Shown: piece by piece, positions 26,569 through 36,201 of the stretch
Layout: every line of letters begins with the position of its first letter
How positions within the stretch are numbered: position 1 is the first letter of the stretch
Origin: Candidatus Azobacteroides sp.
Lineage (GTDB): Bacteria; Bacteroidota; Bacteroidia; Bacteroidales; WRGA01
Direction of reading: 5' to 3'
DNA: 64,000 bases
NCBI GenBank assembly: GCA_021201815.1
Contig: JAJQEC010000135.1
Coordinates: 937 to 64,936 of the forward strand
Translations under genes and position numbers: made by a program
Notes under the pieces: generated by a model
What the model was told of the DNA's origin: nothing
Database searches by the model: none
What the model saw: only the letters and a program-made list of their open reading frames with translations

Positions 26569-27105
26569 TTAATCCATTTTGAAAACAATAGGCAATGTAT
26601 AATGTACATTTACAGCTTCTCCGTTTTCTTTACCTGGAATCCATGCAGGCATTCTTTTTACAATCCGTAATGCTTCCTTATCACAGGAAGGATCAATTCC
26701 TCTTACAATTTTAATGTCGTCAATGGTTCCGTCTTTTTTTACGACAAAACTGACCACAACTTTTCCCTGTATTTTGTTTTCGACGGCAATTGCCGGATAG
26801 ATCAGATTATGAGAGAGGTATTTTAATAAAGAATCTTTTCCCCCTGGAAATTCGGGTGTTGAGGTTACTTCCTCAAAGGGCATTGCTTGTTCCTTTGATT
26901 CGCTTTTTATCGTCCGGGAAATAACATTATCCGGTTCTTTTATTTCGTCTTCCGGCTGGTACCCTTGTTGTGCATGGGAAAATGTGCCTCCGAGAATAAA
27001 GAGAGTGAAAGAAAATAAACACCATTTTCTTTTTAAAATTTTCGTCATAGGATCAAATATGTGGTACAATCTAATTTTCATTTGAGTAAGACAAAGATAA
27101 GCCAA
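26569..27105 (-). CDS. TonB-family energy-transducer C-terminal-domain protein
   Basis: C-terminal TonB fold motifs (PEFPGG...YPAIAVENKIQGKVVVSFVVKKDGTIDDIKIVRG...PAWIPGKENGEAVNV). The probable real start is ATG at 27048 (MTKILKRKW..., TM helix). Confidence 0.8.
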   Translation of the reverse strand: MAYLCLTQMKIRLYHIFDPMTKILKRKWCLFSFTLFILGGTFSHAQQGYQPEDEIKEPDNVISRTIKSESKEQAMPFEEVTSTPEFPGGKDSLLKYLSHNLIYPAIAVENKIQGKVVVSFVVKKDGTIDDIKIVRGIDPSCDKEALRIVKRMPAWIPGKENGEAVNVHYTLPIVFKMD

Positions 27106-27183
27106 ATGAATATATAACGTCTATCATAAAGTGATTAATTAAAAAAGAGCGTTTTATTGATATACTTCATTGCGGTGTTTACT

Positions 27184-27233
27184 AGCCGTGTGCTGAGGCA
27201 GCACGGCTAATGACATGGCGCCACTCTGTGGCT
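27184..27233 (-). repeat. REP-like double-hairpin repeat, copy c (inverted)
   Basis: AGCCGTGTGCTGAGGCAGCACGGCTAAT...GCCACTCTGTGGC is the reverse complement of the pattern at 13271-13318. Confidence 0.6.
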
Positions 27234-27384
27234 TGTCGGTGAGATAGTTGTACCTGTAATTCTAATCCTTTCCTGCCCTGAGAGATAGCAAAATAGTAAA
27301 ATCTGAAAAATCAGAAGTAAAACAGTTACGGAAAACGGATCGGAGAAAAGCAAGGCATCCTTATAGTGACAACATTGCCTTTAA

Positions 27385-27433
27385 AGCCGCGTAGCGGTGA
27401 CAGATAAATAGCCGTGATGCCTCAACACACGGT
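27385..27433 (+). repeat. REP-like double-hairpin repeat, copy d
   Basis: AGCCGCGTAGCGGTGACAGATAAATAGCCGTGATGCCTCAACACACGG. Confidence 0.55.
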
Positions 27434-27445
27434 TCGCTTGGTAGC

Positions 27446-27515
27446 AAAAAAAATGGTTGTCTCCCGACAACCAATCTTTTTATTAACCTTAAAATCTAAT
27501 ACTATGAAAAAATCA
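27446..27515 (-). ncRNA. Candidate ~70-nt sRNA, copy 1
   Basis: On the minus strand: TTTG (27551-27548), 19 bp, TATATTTG (27528-27521), about 55 nt, GGTTGTC-GGGA-GACAACC hairpin (27472-27455), then A + U8. A near-identical unit lies at 29568-29635. Confidence 0.35.
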
Positions 27516-27900
27516 CAATGCAAATATATTGTTGATTTTATTTCTTCCAAAATAAATTTTATCAAATATTGTTAAAGAGAAAGGGGTAAATCGTTAAAGA
27601 TGGTTTATTGCTGTTTAGTGAATGGATGAATATATTAGGAGAGTTAGCCAACAAAAGAGTTTCTCTTTTATCATTTTCTTTTATGGTTTTGTTTTTTTGG
27701 AAATTGAAGAAAGGTATTTTTATTAAAGATGATATGTAAATTTTTTTCTCTAATGGTTTTATTCTTTTTTATAAAAATAAATTATCTACCTAATTGAATA
27801 AAAATACCCTTATAAGCAAAAAAGAATAAAAAATATTTTTGTCGGCTAATTTTTCCACTTATAATGTCAATTTTTACACATCTTTAATAGAAAATACTTT

Positions 27901-27908
27901 TATCTTTG
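27901..27908 (+). promoter_or_regulatory. -7 promoter box TATCTTTG upstream of the first DUF4861 gene
   Basis: TAnnTTTG match about 125 nt upstream of ATG 28033. Confidence 0.35.
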
Positions 27909-28032
27909 CTCTTACTATTAATCTGATAGATTATATATTGCAGAGGTTAGCACAATTCAGTTATATCCGAGATTCGCATTAAACATTATAAGTCTGATTT
28001 TATTTATCTTCATAATAATATAATAATAAACA

Positions 28033-29220
28033 ATGAAAAAAATACTTTATTTTATTTTATCTTCTTTTCTTTTGTTTGCGTGCGGGAATGATGAAAAGTC
28101 GGTAAAAATATCAGTTACCAATGATTCTCCTTTAGAAAGGATAAATGAGATCATTGAAATATCGTGGGCAGATATTAAAGAAAAGTTAGGACTGACAGAT
28201 TCTTCTGTTATTGTAGTTTTAAATGATCAGCAAATTCCTTATCAGTTGATTACAGAAGGAAATAATGAGCCGGAGAAGTTAATATTTCCGGTAAATGTTC
28301 AGGCCGGCGAAACTGTTATCTATACGGTTAAAAGCGGAGATCCCGAAGATTTTACAGTAAAAACATACGGTCGTTTTGTCCCGGAACGGAAAGATGACTT
28401 TGCATGGGAAAATAATAAAATAGCTTTCCGTATGTACGGTCCGGCTCTCTTGCCTATTGATGGCCCGAGTAATGGGATAGATGCCTGGGTAAAAAGAACG
28501 GAAGAAATGATCATTGATAAATGGTATAAAAATGATTTGGCAGGTGTTGCTTCTTATCATATAGATCATGGGGAAGGACTTGATGGGTATAAAGTAGGAC
28601 GTACGCTGGGTGCCGGAGGAATGGCTCCTTTTGTAAATGATACTTTATGGCTTGCAGAAAATTACGTTACTCAGGAATTATTAGATCAGGGGCCGTTAAG
28701 AACATCTTTCAGACTTACTTATAAACCCTTTAATGTAAATGGGGATAGTTCTGTGGTAGAAACTAAGATAATTAGTCTTGATGCCGATTCTTATTTTAAT
28801 AAAGTAATAGAAAAATATCAGGGAATTAAAGCGGCTATTCCTGTAGCAGCAGGTATTGTTTTGAAAACAAATGAAGCGAAACCTGTGGATAAAACAGAAG
28901 ATGCTGATCCTGCTTACAAAGCTGTTTTACAACCGGAAAAAGGATATGTTATCTATGCGGAAACAGCGGATAAAGCTGCTCCTGAACACGATAACGGAAT
29001 TATTTATACGGCCGTTATATTTCCAACTCCTCTTAAAGAAGCTAAATTGGCAGAAAAACATGCTTTGGCTATTGTGGACTATCAACCGGAAGAAAGTCTG
29101 GTATATTACAATGGGGTAGGTTGGAGCAAAGCTGGTTTTAATTCGGAAGAAGAATGGGTAACGTATGTAGATCAATTTGCTGAAAAACTAAGAAGTCCGT
29201 TAAAAGTAAGTTTAAAATAA
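28033..29220 (+). CDS. DUF4861-family lipoprotein
   Basis: Lipobox LLFACG. Signature YGRFVPERKDDFAWENNKIAFRMYGPAL...GIDAWVKR as I recall it for DUF4861. Confidence 0.8.
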   Translation: MKKILYFILSSFLLFACGNDEKSVKISVTNDSPLERINEIIEISWADIKEKLGLTDSSVIVVLNDQQIPYQLITEGNNEPEKLIFPVNVQAGETVIYTVKSGDPEDFTVKTYGRFVPERKDDFAWENNKIAFRMYGPALLPIDGPSNGIDAWVKRTEEMIIDKWYKNDLAGVASYHIDHGEGLDGYKVGRTLGAGGMAPFVNDTLWLAENYVTQELLDQGPLRTSFRLTYKPFNVNGDSSVVETKIISLDADSYFNKVIEKYQGIKAAIPVAAGIVLKTNEAKPVDKTEDADPAYKAVLQPEKGYVIYAETADKAAPEHDNGIIYTAVIFPTPLKEAKLAEKHALAIVDYQPEESLVYYNGVGWSKAGFNSEEEWVTYVDQFAEKLRSPLKVSLK

Positions 29221-29567
29221 AAATTATTTCTTGCTTAAGGATATAGGATCAGTAAAACAAAATAATGAATGTATAAGATATTAGTGGGATTCAATTCACT
29301 AATATCTTTTTTTATACCTGTTTAGCAACTTTCCGGAAAACTCCTGCTTTAATAATATCTCATTTATTCTTTCTACAATGACTGGATGTATGGGATATAG
29401 ATTTTGATTATCAGGTTCCATTAGAAAAAATAAGGATTCATCCCGATTATTTTTACATTCAATGTTGAATTGGAGTTTTCGTTGCTTCCGAAGGTAGATT
29501 TTGTACGGTGAGTTAATTAATTAAAATCTATCTTTTCAGGGATGATATCTACTTTTATGTAATATAT

Positions 29568-29635
29568 AAAAAAAGGTTGTCTCCCAACAACCAATCTTTC
29601 ATTAACCTTAAAATCTAATACTATGAAAAAAATCA
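29568..29635 (-). ncRNA. Candidate ~70-nt sRNA, copy 2
   Basis: On the minus strand: TATATTTG (29648-29641), conserved body, GGTTGTT-GGGA-GACAACC hairpin, then U7. The C-to-T change in the stem keeps pairing as a G-U wobble. Confidence 0.35.
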
Positions 29636-29772
29636 CAGTACAAATATATACATATATTCATATTCCGACAAGGTGAAATTCTCAAATCATGTTAAAGAAA
29701 TAGCGCAAAAATGATAAAAAATATTAATTTTTTTTATTCTACGTATTGTTTGGAAAATATCTTATCAATAAA

Positions 29773-29821
29773 GAAACATAAATCCCGGAAAAGTCTTTCA
29801 CTTTTCCGGGATTTATGTTTC
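29773..29821 (-). terminator. 22-bp perfect-stem hairpin downstream of the second DUF4861 gene
   Basis: GAAACATAAATCCCGGAAAAGT (29773-29794) and ACTTTTCCGGGATTTATGTTTC (29800-29821) with a 5-nt loop. Lies 52 nt past the stop of 29874..31130; a T-rich tract follows on the minus strand. Confidence 0.5.
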
Positions 29822-29873
29822 TTCGTGGCATTCAAGTATATTGTTTATATCGTTTTCCGTAGGCTTTTTTCTA

Positions 29874-31130
29874 TTAATCCCGAAGCATTCTTATTTTAAC
29901 AGGGTTGAGAATATCTTCTTTCCATGCTTCCAGGTATTTAAAAAAGTCTTCCGGGTTTTTATATCCGAATTCTTCTTTTTCTGCAGCAGCCGTAATATAG
30001 TAACTGATCTGGAAATCTTCATTATTATTTAATAGGAAAAGATGATTTACATTATCTTCTACATTTTTTTCACTGATATATTCTTTTGGAACAAATACAC
30101 CTAATCCTACTGTTTCCTTTGCGTATTTTATGGTGTCGTTTACCGGCCAGTCTGTTCCCCATATTCCCAATAATCCGTCGTTGTCTGTGAATAACTCCGA
30201 ATCAGGCAGTTTTTGCACCCCTGTAGCAAATAATATATCTTTTGGAAGCATTTTTACTTCGTCTTCTTCTTTTTGGAACAGAATATTCATCACCTCTACA
30301 TCTCTATGGCCTGCATACATAATATAGCGGCTTACCATAGTGAATTTTTCACCCATATACTCCCAACCGTGAGAAGTCATATCCACAATTGTTCTTACAG
30401 GACCGTTGGAAATTATCCTTGCATCCCTGTTATCTACCGGAGAAATATGGATTGCTTTTTTACCGTTCCAGCCTTTTAGTGTACCTACTCCTACACTTCC
30501 ACTCACCCGGAGGATATCATCCCCGTATTTTTTTTCCAGTTGTTCATCTGTCGGATACCAGTTTGTTTCCTGTAATTCGAGCCTTTTTATTTTTTTTCCG
30601 TATAGATCAACTGTTTGTTTTTGATCAAAGTAAATTCTATAAGCCATTAATTCGGACTCGAAAGCAGGGCCATGGTGATGAAAGGCGTTATAAAGATCTC
30701 CTGTTTCAGATGCTGCGGTAATTACAGGTTTAAAAGATTTTTCAGAGTCTTTTTCCAGTAACTGAGCATGGACTTTATTGGGATATCGTCCGGCCACAGA
30801 TTCTTCTACCGACAATTCAATTTTAAGTTTTTTTGCTTCGAGGGGCTTCATGTTAATTACAAATGCCAATTCATCGAATGTTCCATTCGCATCCAAATCA
30901 TCCAGTTGGGAAGGTATTTCCTGCCTTTTATCCCATACTGTTGCTGATTTTATTATTACATCCGAAAGTTTTAAAACAACGGGGGCATTTTCTTTTGGTG
31001 TATTTGAAAGATTTGTAACAACTATTTCAAAGTTTTTTTTCCCGGCTTCAATGATAAACTGGGCATGTGTAGAAAAGCAAACCAAAAAAGAGAAAATAAG
31101 AAGAAAAGTAATTTTTGTAGTTGATTTCAT
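29874..31130 (-). CDS. DUF4861-family secreted protein, divergent paralogue
   Basis: Signal peptide. N-terminal beta-sandwich-like NFEIVVTNLSNTPKENAPVVLKLSD parallels ISVTNDSPLERINEIIEISWAD of 28033..29220. Core FESELMAYRIYFDQKQTVDLYGKK. Confidence 0.7.
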   Translation of the reverse strand: MKSTTKITFLLIFSFLVCFSTHAQFIIEAGKKNFEIVVTNLSNTPKENAPVVLKLSDVIIKSATVWDKRQEIPSQLDDLDANGTFDELAFVINMKPLEAKKLKIELSVEESVAGRYPNKVHAQLLEKDSEKSFKPVITAASETGDLYNAFHHHGPAFESELMAYRIYFDQKQTVDLYGKKIKRLELQETNWYPTDEQLEKKYGDDILRVSGSVGVGTLKGWNGKKAIHISPVDNRDARIISNGPVRTIVDMTSHGWEYMGEKFTMVSRYIMYAGHRDVEVMNILFQKEEDEVKMLPKDILFATGVQKLPDSELFTDNDGLLGIWGTDWPVNDTIKYAKETVGLGVFVPKEYISEKNVEDNVNHLFLLNNNEDFQISYYITAAAEKEEFGYKNPEDFFKYLEAWKEDILNPVKIRMLRD

Positions 31131-31444
31131 ATGATAGTTGTTTAAAATTTGCTGTAAAAATACGATAAATTATCCTATTCATTTTGTTAAAAGGATAAAA
31201 GAATATTTATAATGAAATGAAAATATTGTTAATAGGATATCTTCATATAAAATATAGTACATACATTTTTTCTAACGGCAAACTTTCCTAATTAATTGCA
31301 AATAAGAGGTTTTGTTAATTTCTGTAATAAAATTCTGAAAGGCAGCCATCTGAATAAGGTATTGAAGAGGAAAATGATTAATTTTGTGCGCTCTTTTGAA
31401 ATAATAAACAGATAGATAAATAAAGGAACAATAAAAACTTTAAA

Positions 31445-32074
31445 TTGTTTAATGGTTTTAGGAGTGGTGTGCTTTCAAAAAAAAGAATCGTGAAATTAAA
31501 AAAGGTATGTATATATTGCTCTTCGAGTTCACAAATAGAAAGTGTTTATTTTAAAGATGCGGTGCGTCTGGGGCATCTACTGGCAAAAAATAAACTGGAA
31601 GGTATTTGTGGGGGTGGGGTACAGGGACTAATGAGAGCTGTATCCGATGCTGTAATCGAAAAGGGCGGTAAGATGACAGGAATAATTCCTCGTTTCATGT
31701 ATGAGGAAGGCTGGGGAAATGCTACTCTGAGTGAAGTCATAATCACCACTTCTATGCATGAGCGCAAAGAGAAGATGGCCAAAGTAGCAGATGCCATTAT
31801 TGCTTTGCCCGGAGGTTGCGGTACGTTGGAAGAACTCCTGGAAATTATCACCTGGAAACAGTTGGGCATTTTTAGCGGGCCTATTGTTATTTTAAATACA
31901 AATAAATATTTTGACCCGTTACTTGAAATGCTATCGAGAGCTATTAAAGAAAATTTTATGAGAGAAAATCAGGCAGCTATATGGTCTGTTGCAGAAACTC
32001 CGGAAATAGCAATTGAAAAAATCTTATATGCAGAAAACTGGCTAGAAAATCCCAGGCAATTTGCATTAATTTAA
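31445..32074 (+). CDS. LOG-family (TIGR00730) nucleotide phosphoribohydrolase
   Basis: PGGCGTLEELLEIITWKQLG motif. The real start is probably the in-frame GTG at 31490 (VKLKKVCIYCSSS). A -7 box TAATTTTG lies at 31379-31386. Confidence 0.85.
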   Translation: MFNGFRSGVLSKKRIVKLKKVCIYCSSSSQIESVYFKDAVRLGHLLAKNKLEGICGGGVQGLMRAVSDAVIEKGGKMTGIIPRFMYEEGWGNATLSEVIITTSMHERKEKMAKVADAIIALPGGCGTLEELLEIITWKQLGIFSGPIVILNTNKYFDPLLEMLSRAIKENFMRENQAAIWSVAETPEIAIEKILYAENWLENPRQFALI

Positions 32075-32086
32075 TTACTAATTTTT

Positions 32087-33022
32087 ATGCCAGATAGTTT
32101 ACACTTTTCTTACCCTTTTTTACAGAGTTTCCGGAATAAGAAAGTTCTTTCAGAAGATAAACAGGATAATCTTATATTGCAAAATGATTCTTCTTCTGTT
32201 TCATCTTCCTCTCTTCCGCCTATTTTTTCTTTTTCCAATGATGAGGACATAAATTATCTGGAAAAGCCGGAAAATTTCTTTTTTTCTTTTACAAAACCTT
32301 TTAATACTGAAAAAAGATTGGAGTATGAAGGAATATTAAGACCATATTCTTTTAAAATGTCCAGCGGAATTACTTTTTTGATGCTTATTTGTTTCTTCCT
32401 TTTTGTTATTATTTATAAGAAAGGAGGAGATTATATAGTACAGATGACCCAAAATTTGTTTGGCCAGACAGAGAGAGATAGTATTTTTGTTGATAGTACG
32501 ACCAGTAGTGAATATCAAATTAAGTTTTTTTTGCTTCTGCAGTCTACTATTTGTCTGGCTGTGTTTTTCTTTATATTTATAAAATCATCGGCTGGAAGTA
32601 ATGTCTTTTTGCCGGATAAGTATATAATTATTAACTTATTGTTAGGAATTGGAGTCATTCTTATATTCTGGTGCCTGAAATGGTTAATGAATAAGTTTAT
32701 CGGTTATATATTTTTTGATAATCAGCTTACGGAAAATTGGCAAAGTAATTATTTTTTCGCAATTGGCTTACTTGGAACTTTATTTTTCCCCGTTTTACTA
32801 TTTATAATAAATGCTCAGAATGAGGTATTAATCCATCTTTCAACAAATCTCTTTTTTCTTTTGTTCGGTTTAGGTTTTTTAATTTTTGCGTTTAAAGGAA
32901 TTAGGGTTTTTTTAGTAAAACCGTATGGTTTTTTCTATTTTATGTTGTACTTTTGTGCTCTCGAAATAATACCCTACATTGGGCTTTATATGGGGTTAAT
33001 TTATATAACTAACTTCGTTTAA
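32087..33022 (+). CDS. Multi-pass membrane protein, DUF4271-like
   Basis: Six or more hydrophobic helices. Its position directly upstream of hemD matches the conserved Bacteroidota arrangement as I recall it. Confidence 0.7.
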   Translation: MPDSLHFSYPFLQSFRNKKVLSEDKQDNLILQNDSSSVSSSSLPPIFSFSNDEDINYLEKPENFFFSFTKPFNTEKRLEYEGILRPYSFKMSSGITFLMLICFFLFVIIYKKGGDYIVQMTQNLFGQTERDSIFVDSTTSSEYQIKFFLLLQSTICLAVFFFIFIKSSAGSNVFLPDKYIIINLLLGIGVILIFWCLKWLMNKFIGYIFFDNQLTENWQSNYFFAIGLLGTLFFPVLLFIINAQNEVLIHLSTNLFFLLFGLGFLIFAFKGIRVFLVKPYGFFYFMLYFCALEIIPYIGLYMGLIYITNFV

Positions 33023-33035
33023 ATTACTACATTTT

Positions 33036-33800
33036 ATGGCCGTAAAAATAAAGAAACTTCTCGTATCTCAGCCAAAACCGTCATCTGAAAAATCTCCGTA
33101 TTTTGATATTGCAGAAAAATATGGCATTTCTATTGACTTTCGACCTTTTATTAAAGTAGAAGGGGTAAGTGGAAAAGATTTTCGTCAGCAAAGAGTTTCG
33201 ATTTTGGATCATACTGCGGTAATATTTACTGCACGCACGGGAGTTGATCATTTCTTTCGTTTGTGTGAAGAGCTACGTGTAACTGTTCCGGAAACGATGA
33301 GATATTTCTGTGTTACAGAATCTATTGCTTTGTATTTGCAAAAATATATTGTATACAGGAAACGTAAAATATCTTTTAGTAGCACTGGTAAGCTGGAGGG
33401 ATTAATGCCTTCTATTATGAAATATTCTTCGGAAAAATTTTTGTTACCTCTTTCTGATGCACATCAGGATGATTTGACGAATTTGTTGGATAGTAAGAAA
33501 ATTAATTATACCAAAGCTATTATGTATAAAACCGTAAGTAATGATTTTTCTCCTGAAGAAAAATTTGATTATGATATGGTTTTGTTTTTTAGTCCTTCAG
33601 GTATTGCTTCCTTGCTGAAAAATTTTCCGGATTTTGAACAAAACGATTTAAGAATCGGATGTTTTGGAAAAACAACCGCAAAAGCTGTGAAAGATGCAGG
33701 ATTGCAATTGGATTTAGAAGCTCCGACTCCTGCAGCTCCATCGATGACTTCTGCATTAGAATTATTCATTAAGGAAAATATTAAAAACGGAAAGAAGTAA
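33036..33800 (+). CDS. hemD: Uroporphyrinogen-III synthase
   Basis: Size, and HemD-like two-lobed pattern (ILVSQPKP...FTARTGVDHFF...LFFSPSGIASLLKNFP...IGCFGKTTAKAV). Confidence 0.8.
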   Translation: MAVKIKKLLVSQPKPSSEKSPYFDIAEKYGISIDFRPFIKVEGVSGKDFRQQRVSILDHTAVIFTARTGVDHFFRLCEELRVTVPETMRYFCVTESIALYLQKYIVYRKRKISFSSTGKLEGLMPSIMKYSSEKFLLPLSDAHQDDLTNLLDSKKINYTKAIMYKTVSNDFSPEEKFDYDMVLFFSPSGIASLLKNFPDFEQNDLRIGCFGKTTAKAVKDAGLQLDLEAPTPAAPSMTSALELFIKENIKNGKK

Positions 33801-33881
33801 TTTGTAATTAACTTTTTTGATTAAAAAGATAAAAATTCCCGAAAGAATAGTTTTTTTAAACTACTTTTGGGAATTATTTTT

Positions 33882-34280
33882 ATGGAAAAACATCAGAAAT
33901 ATACTTTTAAAAAAACAGAAAGATTATCAAATGAAAAATTGATTGGTAATTTATTTACTAAAGGAAAATCTTTTGTTGTTTATCCGATACGTGTGGTGTA
34001 TTTAATTGAGCAAGACTCGGTTCATACAGGACAAAATGTAAAAGTCCTGGTTAGTGTTTCAAAAAAAAAGTTTAAATCTGCTGTTAAGAGAAATCGGATT
34101 AAAAGGCTGATAAGAGAAGCATATCGTTTAAATAAACCCGCTTTTAATTCTACACTGGCAGCCAAAAATAAAGGATTGTCAATTGCTTTTATTTATCTGG
34201 ATAGTGAAATAAAGGACTATTATCTGATAGAAAAGAAAATGATTGAAATATTTCAAAAGTTGACCAAAGAGATAAAATGA
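33882..34280 (+). CDS. rnpA: Ribonuclease P protein component
   Basis: Basic RNR-type motif [16 protein letters not shown]. The ORF-track TTG start (33867) overlaps a -7 box TACTTTTG (33862-33869), so ATG 33882 is preferred. Confidence 0.85.
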   Translation: MEKHQKYTFKKTERLSNEKLIGNLFTKGKSFVVYPIRVVYLIEQDSVHTGQNVKVLVSVSKKKFKSAVKRNRIKRLIREAYRLNKPAFNSTLAAKNKGLSIAFIYLDSEIKDYYLIEKKMIEIFQKLTKEIK

Positions 34281-34498
34281 AAAAAATAATCTCCTACTTT
34301 TTTCTTTTGCCTGTTTATTTTTATCGGTATGCTATTTCTCCTTTGAAACCTGCGACTTGTCGTTTTGTTCCCACTTGCTCTCAATATGCAGTTGAGGCAA
34401 TAAAAAAGCATGGTCCTTTAAAAGGAAGCTGGTTAGCTATGAGACGTTTGATACGCTGTCATCCATGGGGTGGTAGTGGATATGATCCTGTTCCTTAA
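34277..34498 (+). CDS. yidD: Membrane protein insertion efficiency factor YidD
   Basis: [11 protein letters not shown]...[14 protein letters not shown] signature. ATGA overlap with the rnpA stop. Confidence 0.9.
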   Translation: MKKIISYFFLLPVYFYRYAISPLKPATCRFVPTCSQYAVEAIKKHGPLKGSWLAMRRLIRCHPWGGSGYDPVP

Positions 34499-35126
34499 GC
34501 TCATTATCTTCATCTTCTTCATCCTCATCTTCTTTTATAAGAGGTTTTTGAGGTCCTTCTTTTCTTAGCATTAATGCTGTTAAAAGTCCACTGATTGCAC
34601 CGGATAAATGTCCTTCCCAGGAAAGATTGGGTTTAATTATTTCAGCGAAAGGGAAAATACCCCAGGTTGTACTGCCGTATAAAAATACTACTACTAAAGA
34701 AACAGCCATTAAAGGGGCATATCTTCTTAATATACCACTGAAGATAAGAAAGAAAGTTAATCCATATATTAATCCGCTTGCCCCCATATGTATTCCTGGT
34801 CTGCCAATAAACCATAAAAGGACTCCGGTTGTTATCATTATGCTTAATATTGCACGCCATGCTATTTGATTATAAAAATAAAAAAGTAGCCAACCCAGAG
34901 TGAGGATAGGGAGTGTGTTATTCCAGAGGTGTGACATGTCTGAATGTACAAAGAAATGAAATGGAATACCAATAAGTCCTTTTAAAGACAACGGTAAAAT
35001 ACCCAGAAATGAAAGATTCCACTCCATTCCTGCTTTCAATATTTCAATTAACCAGAGCATAAAGATGAAAAGGAAAGGGTAAATGGCGGAATATATTATT
35101 CTTTTTTTTTCAAATGATAGTTTCAT
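34437..35126 (-). CDS. Rhomboid-family intramembrane serine protease with an acidic C-terminal tail
   Basis: Six TM helices. GASGLIYG catalytic Ser motif and a downstream His ([10 protein letters not shown]). The tail [16 protein letters not shown]... overlaps the yidD 3' end by 62 nt. Confidence 0.8.
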   Translation of the reverse strand: MKLSFEKKRIIYSAIYPFLFIFMLWLIEILKAGMEWNLSFLGILPLSLKGLIGIPFHFFVHSDMSHLWNNTLPILTLGWLLFYFYNQIAWRAILSIMITTGVLLWFIGRPGIHMGASGLIYGLTFFLIFSGILRRYAPLMAVSLVVVFLYGSTTWGIFPFAEIIKPNLSWEGHLSGAISGLLTALMLRKEGPQKPLIKEDEDEEDEDNELKEQDHIHYHPMDDSVSNVS

Positions 35127-35384
35127 TATTTTACATATTAGATAATATGAACAAAATTATCGAAAATATTTAGGATTATAGGTGTTTTATTAAATTATAA
35201 ATTTTAAGACAGGAAAGTGCATATTATTTTATAAGTTAGTAACTTTGTTTTTATTTTATGGAATATAGTGTGTATAATATTTAACGTGTTATATTTTTTT
35301 GCAAATTTTTCAATAGAAATTTGATAAAGTTTAAAAAAGTATTAACTTTAATTTTTAATTATTGCTCTTTCCCTAAATAAGAAA

Positions 35385-35705
35385 ATGAAAAAAGGTAGGT
35401 ATATAGTAGTGTCGACATTAAAGGGAATTCTATCGACGGGAAGAATAAAATTATTATTTAAACCGAATTTTATTTTGTTTGATTTACAACAAAAGAATTT
35501 AGTTATAAATAACACTAAGAATTCTCCTATTCCAATTCGGAAAGTACTTGGAATAGATCTTATTTATCATAGTTATTGTGCTGATTTGGACATAGAAACA
35601 ACCGGAGGTATTATTTCGGTAAAATCTCTGGATATCGGACGGGCTCAACATATGAGAGATATATTAAATATACATATATGGAAAGCTCTACATGGAAATA
35701 GTTGA
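35385..35705 (+). CDS. Hypothetical protein
   Basis: Isolated 106-aa ORF in an otherwise empty interval. No recognisable motif. Confidence 0.3.
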   Translation: MKKGRYIVVSTLKGILSTGRIKLLFKPNFILFDLQQKNLVINNTKNSPIPIRKVLGIDLIYHSYCADLDIETTGGIISVKSLDIGRAQHMRDILNIHIWKALHGNS

Positions 35706-35819
35706 TATTCTTTTATAAAAAAAGATCCTTTTATTAAACTTTTCCTTTTGTAAAGCGTTTTATTATATATAATATATAAATATAAGGTTTACTCTTAACT
35801 CTTAAAAACATTAGTAATT

Positions 35820-36065
35820 ATGAAAACAAACGCTTTATTTGCTTTTTTAGCCGGAGCTGCGGCTGGAGCTGTTTTTGCTTTATTATATGCACCTGATAAA
35901 GGTGAGAAAACGCGTCAGAAACTGGCAGATAAGATTAAAGAAGGTGCCGATTACGGAAGTGAAAGCGTAAATGAGATGATCGGTAAAATTCAGGAAAAAG
36001 CAAAAGAAGGAATTGAGAAAGTAAAAGAGAGTATTGACAAAGTTTCTCAGGAAGCAGCAAAATAA
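35820..36065 (+). CDS. YtxH-domain protein
   Basis: N-terminal helix FLAGAAAGAVFALLYAPDKGEKTRQKL followed by a charged helical segment. Confidence 0.75.
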   Translation: MKTNALFAFLAGAAAGAVFALLYAPDKGEKTRQKLADKIKEGADYGSESVNEMIGKIQEKAKEGIEKVKESIDKVSQEAAK

Positions 36066-36201
36066 GTTAAATAAAAAGCTTCTTTTAACTTTTTGGTTTT
36101 GTTCATAAGTAGTTATAGAACGAACAGGGATTTCTATGTCAATAAATTATTACTAAAGGAAGGTGTATAATTCTGTTAGTTATTAACAAGGAGAATTTTT
36201 T

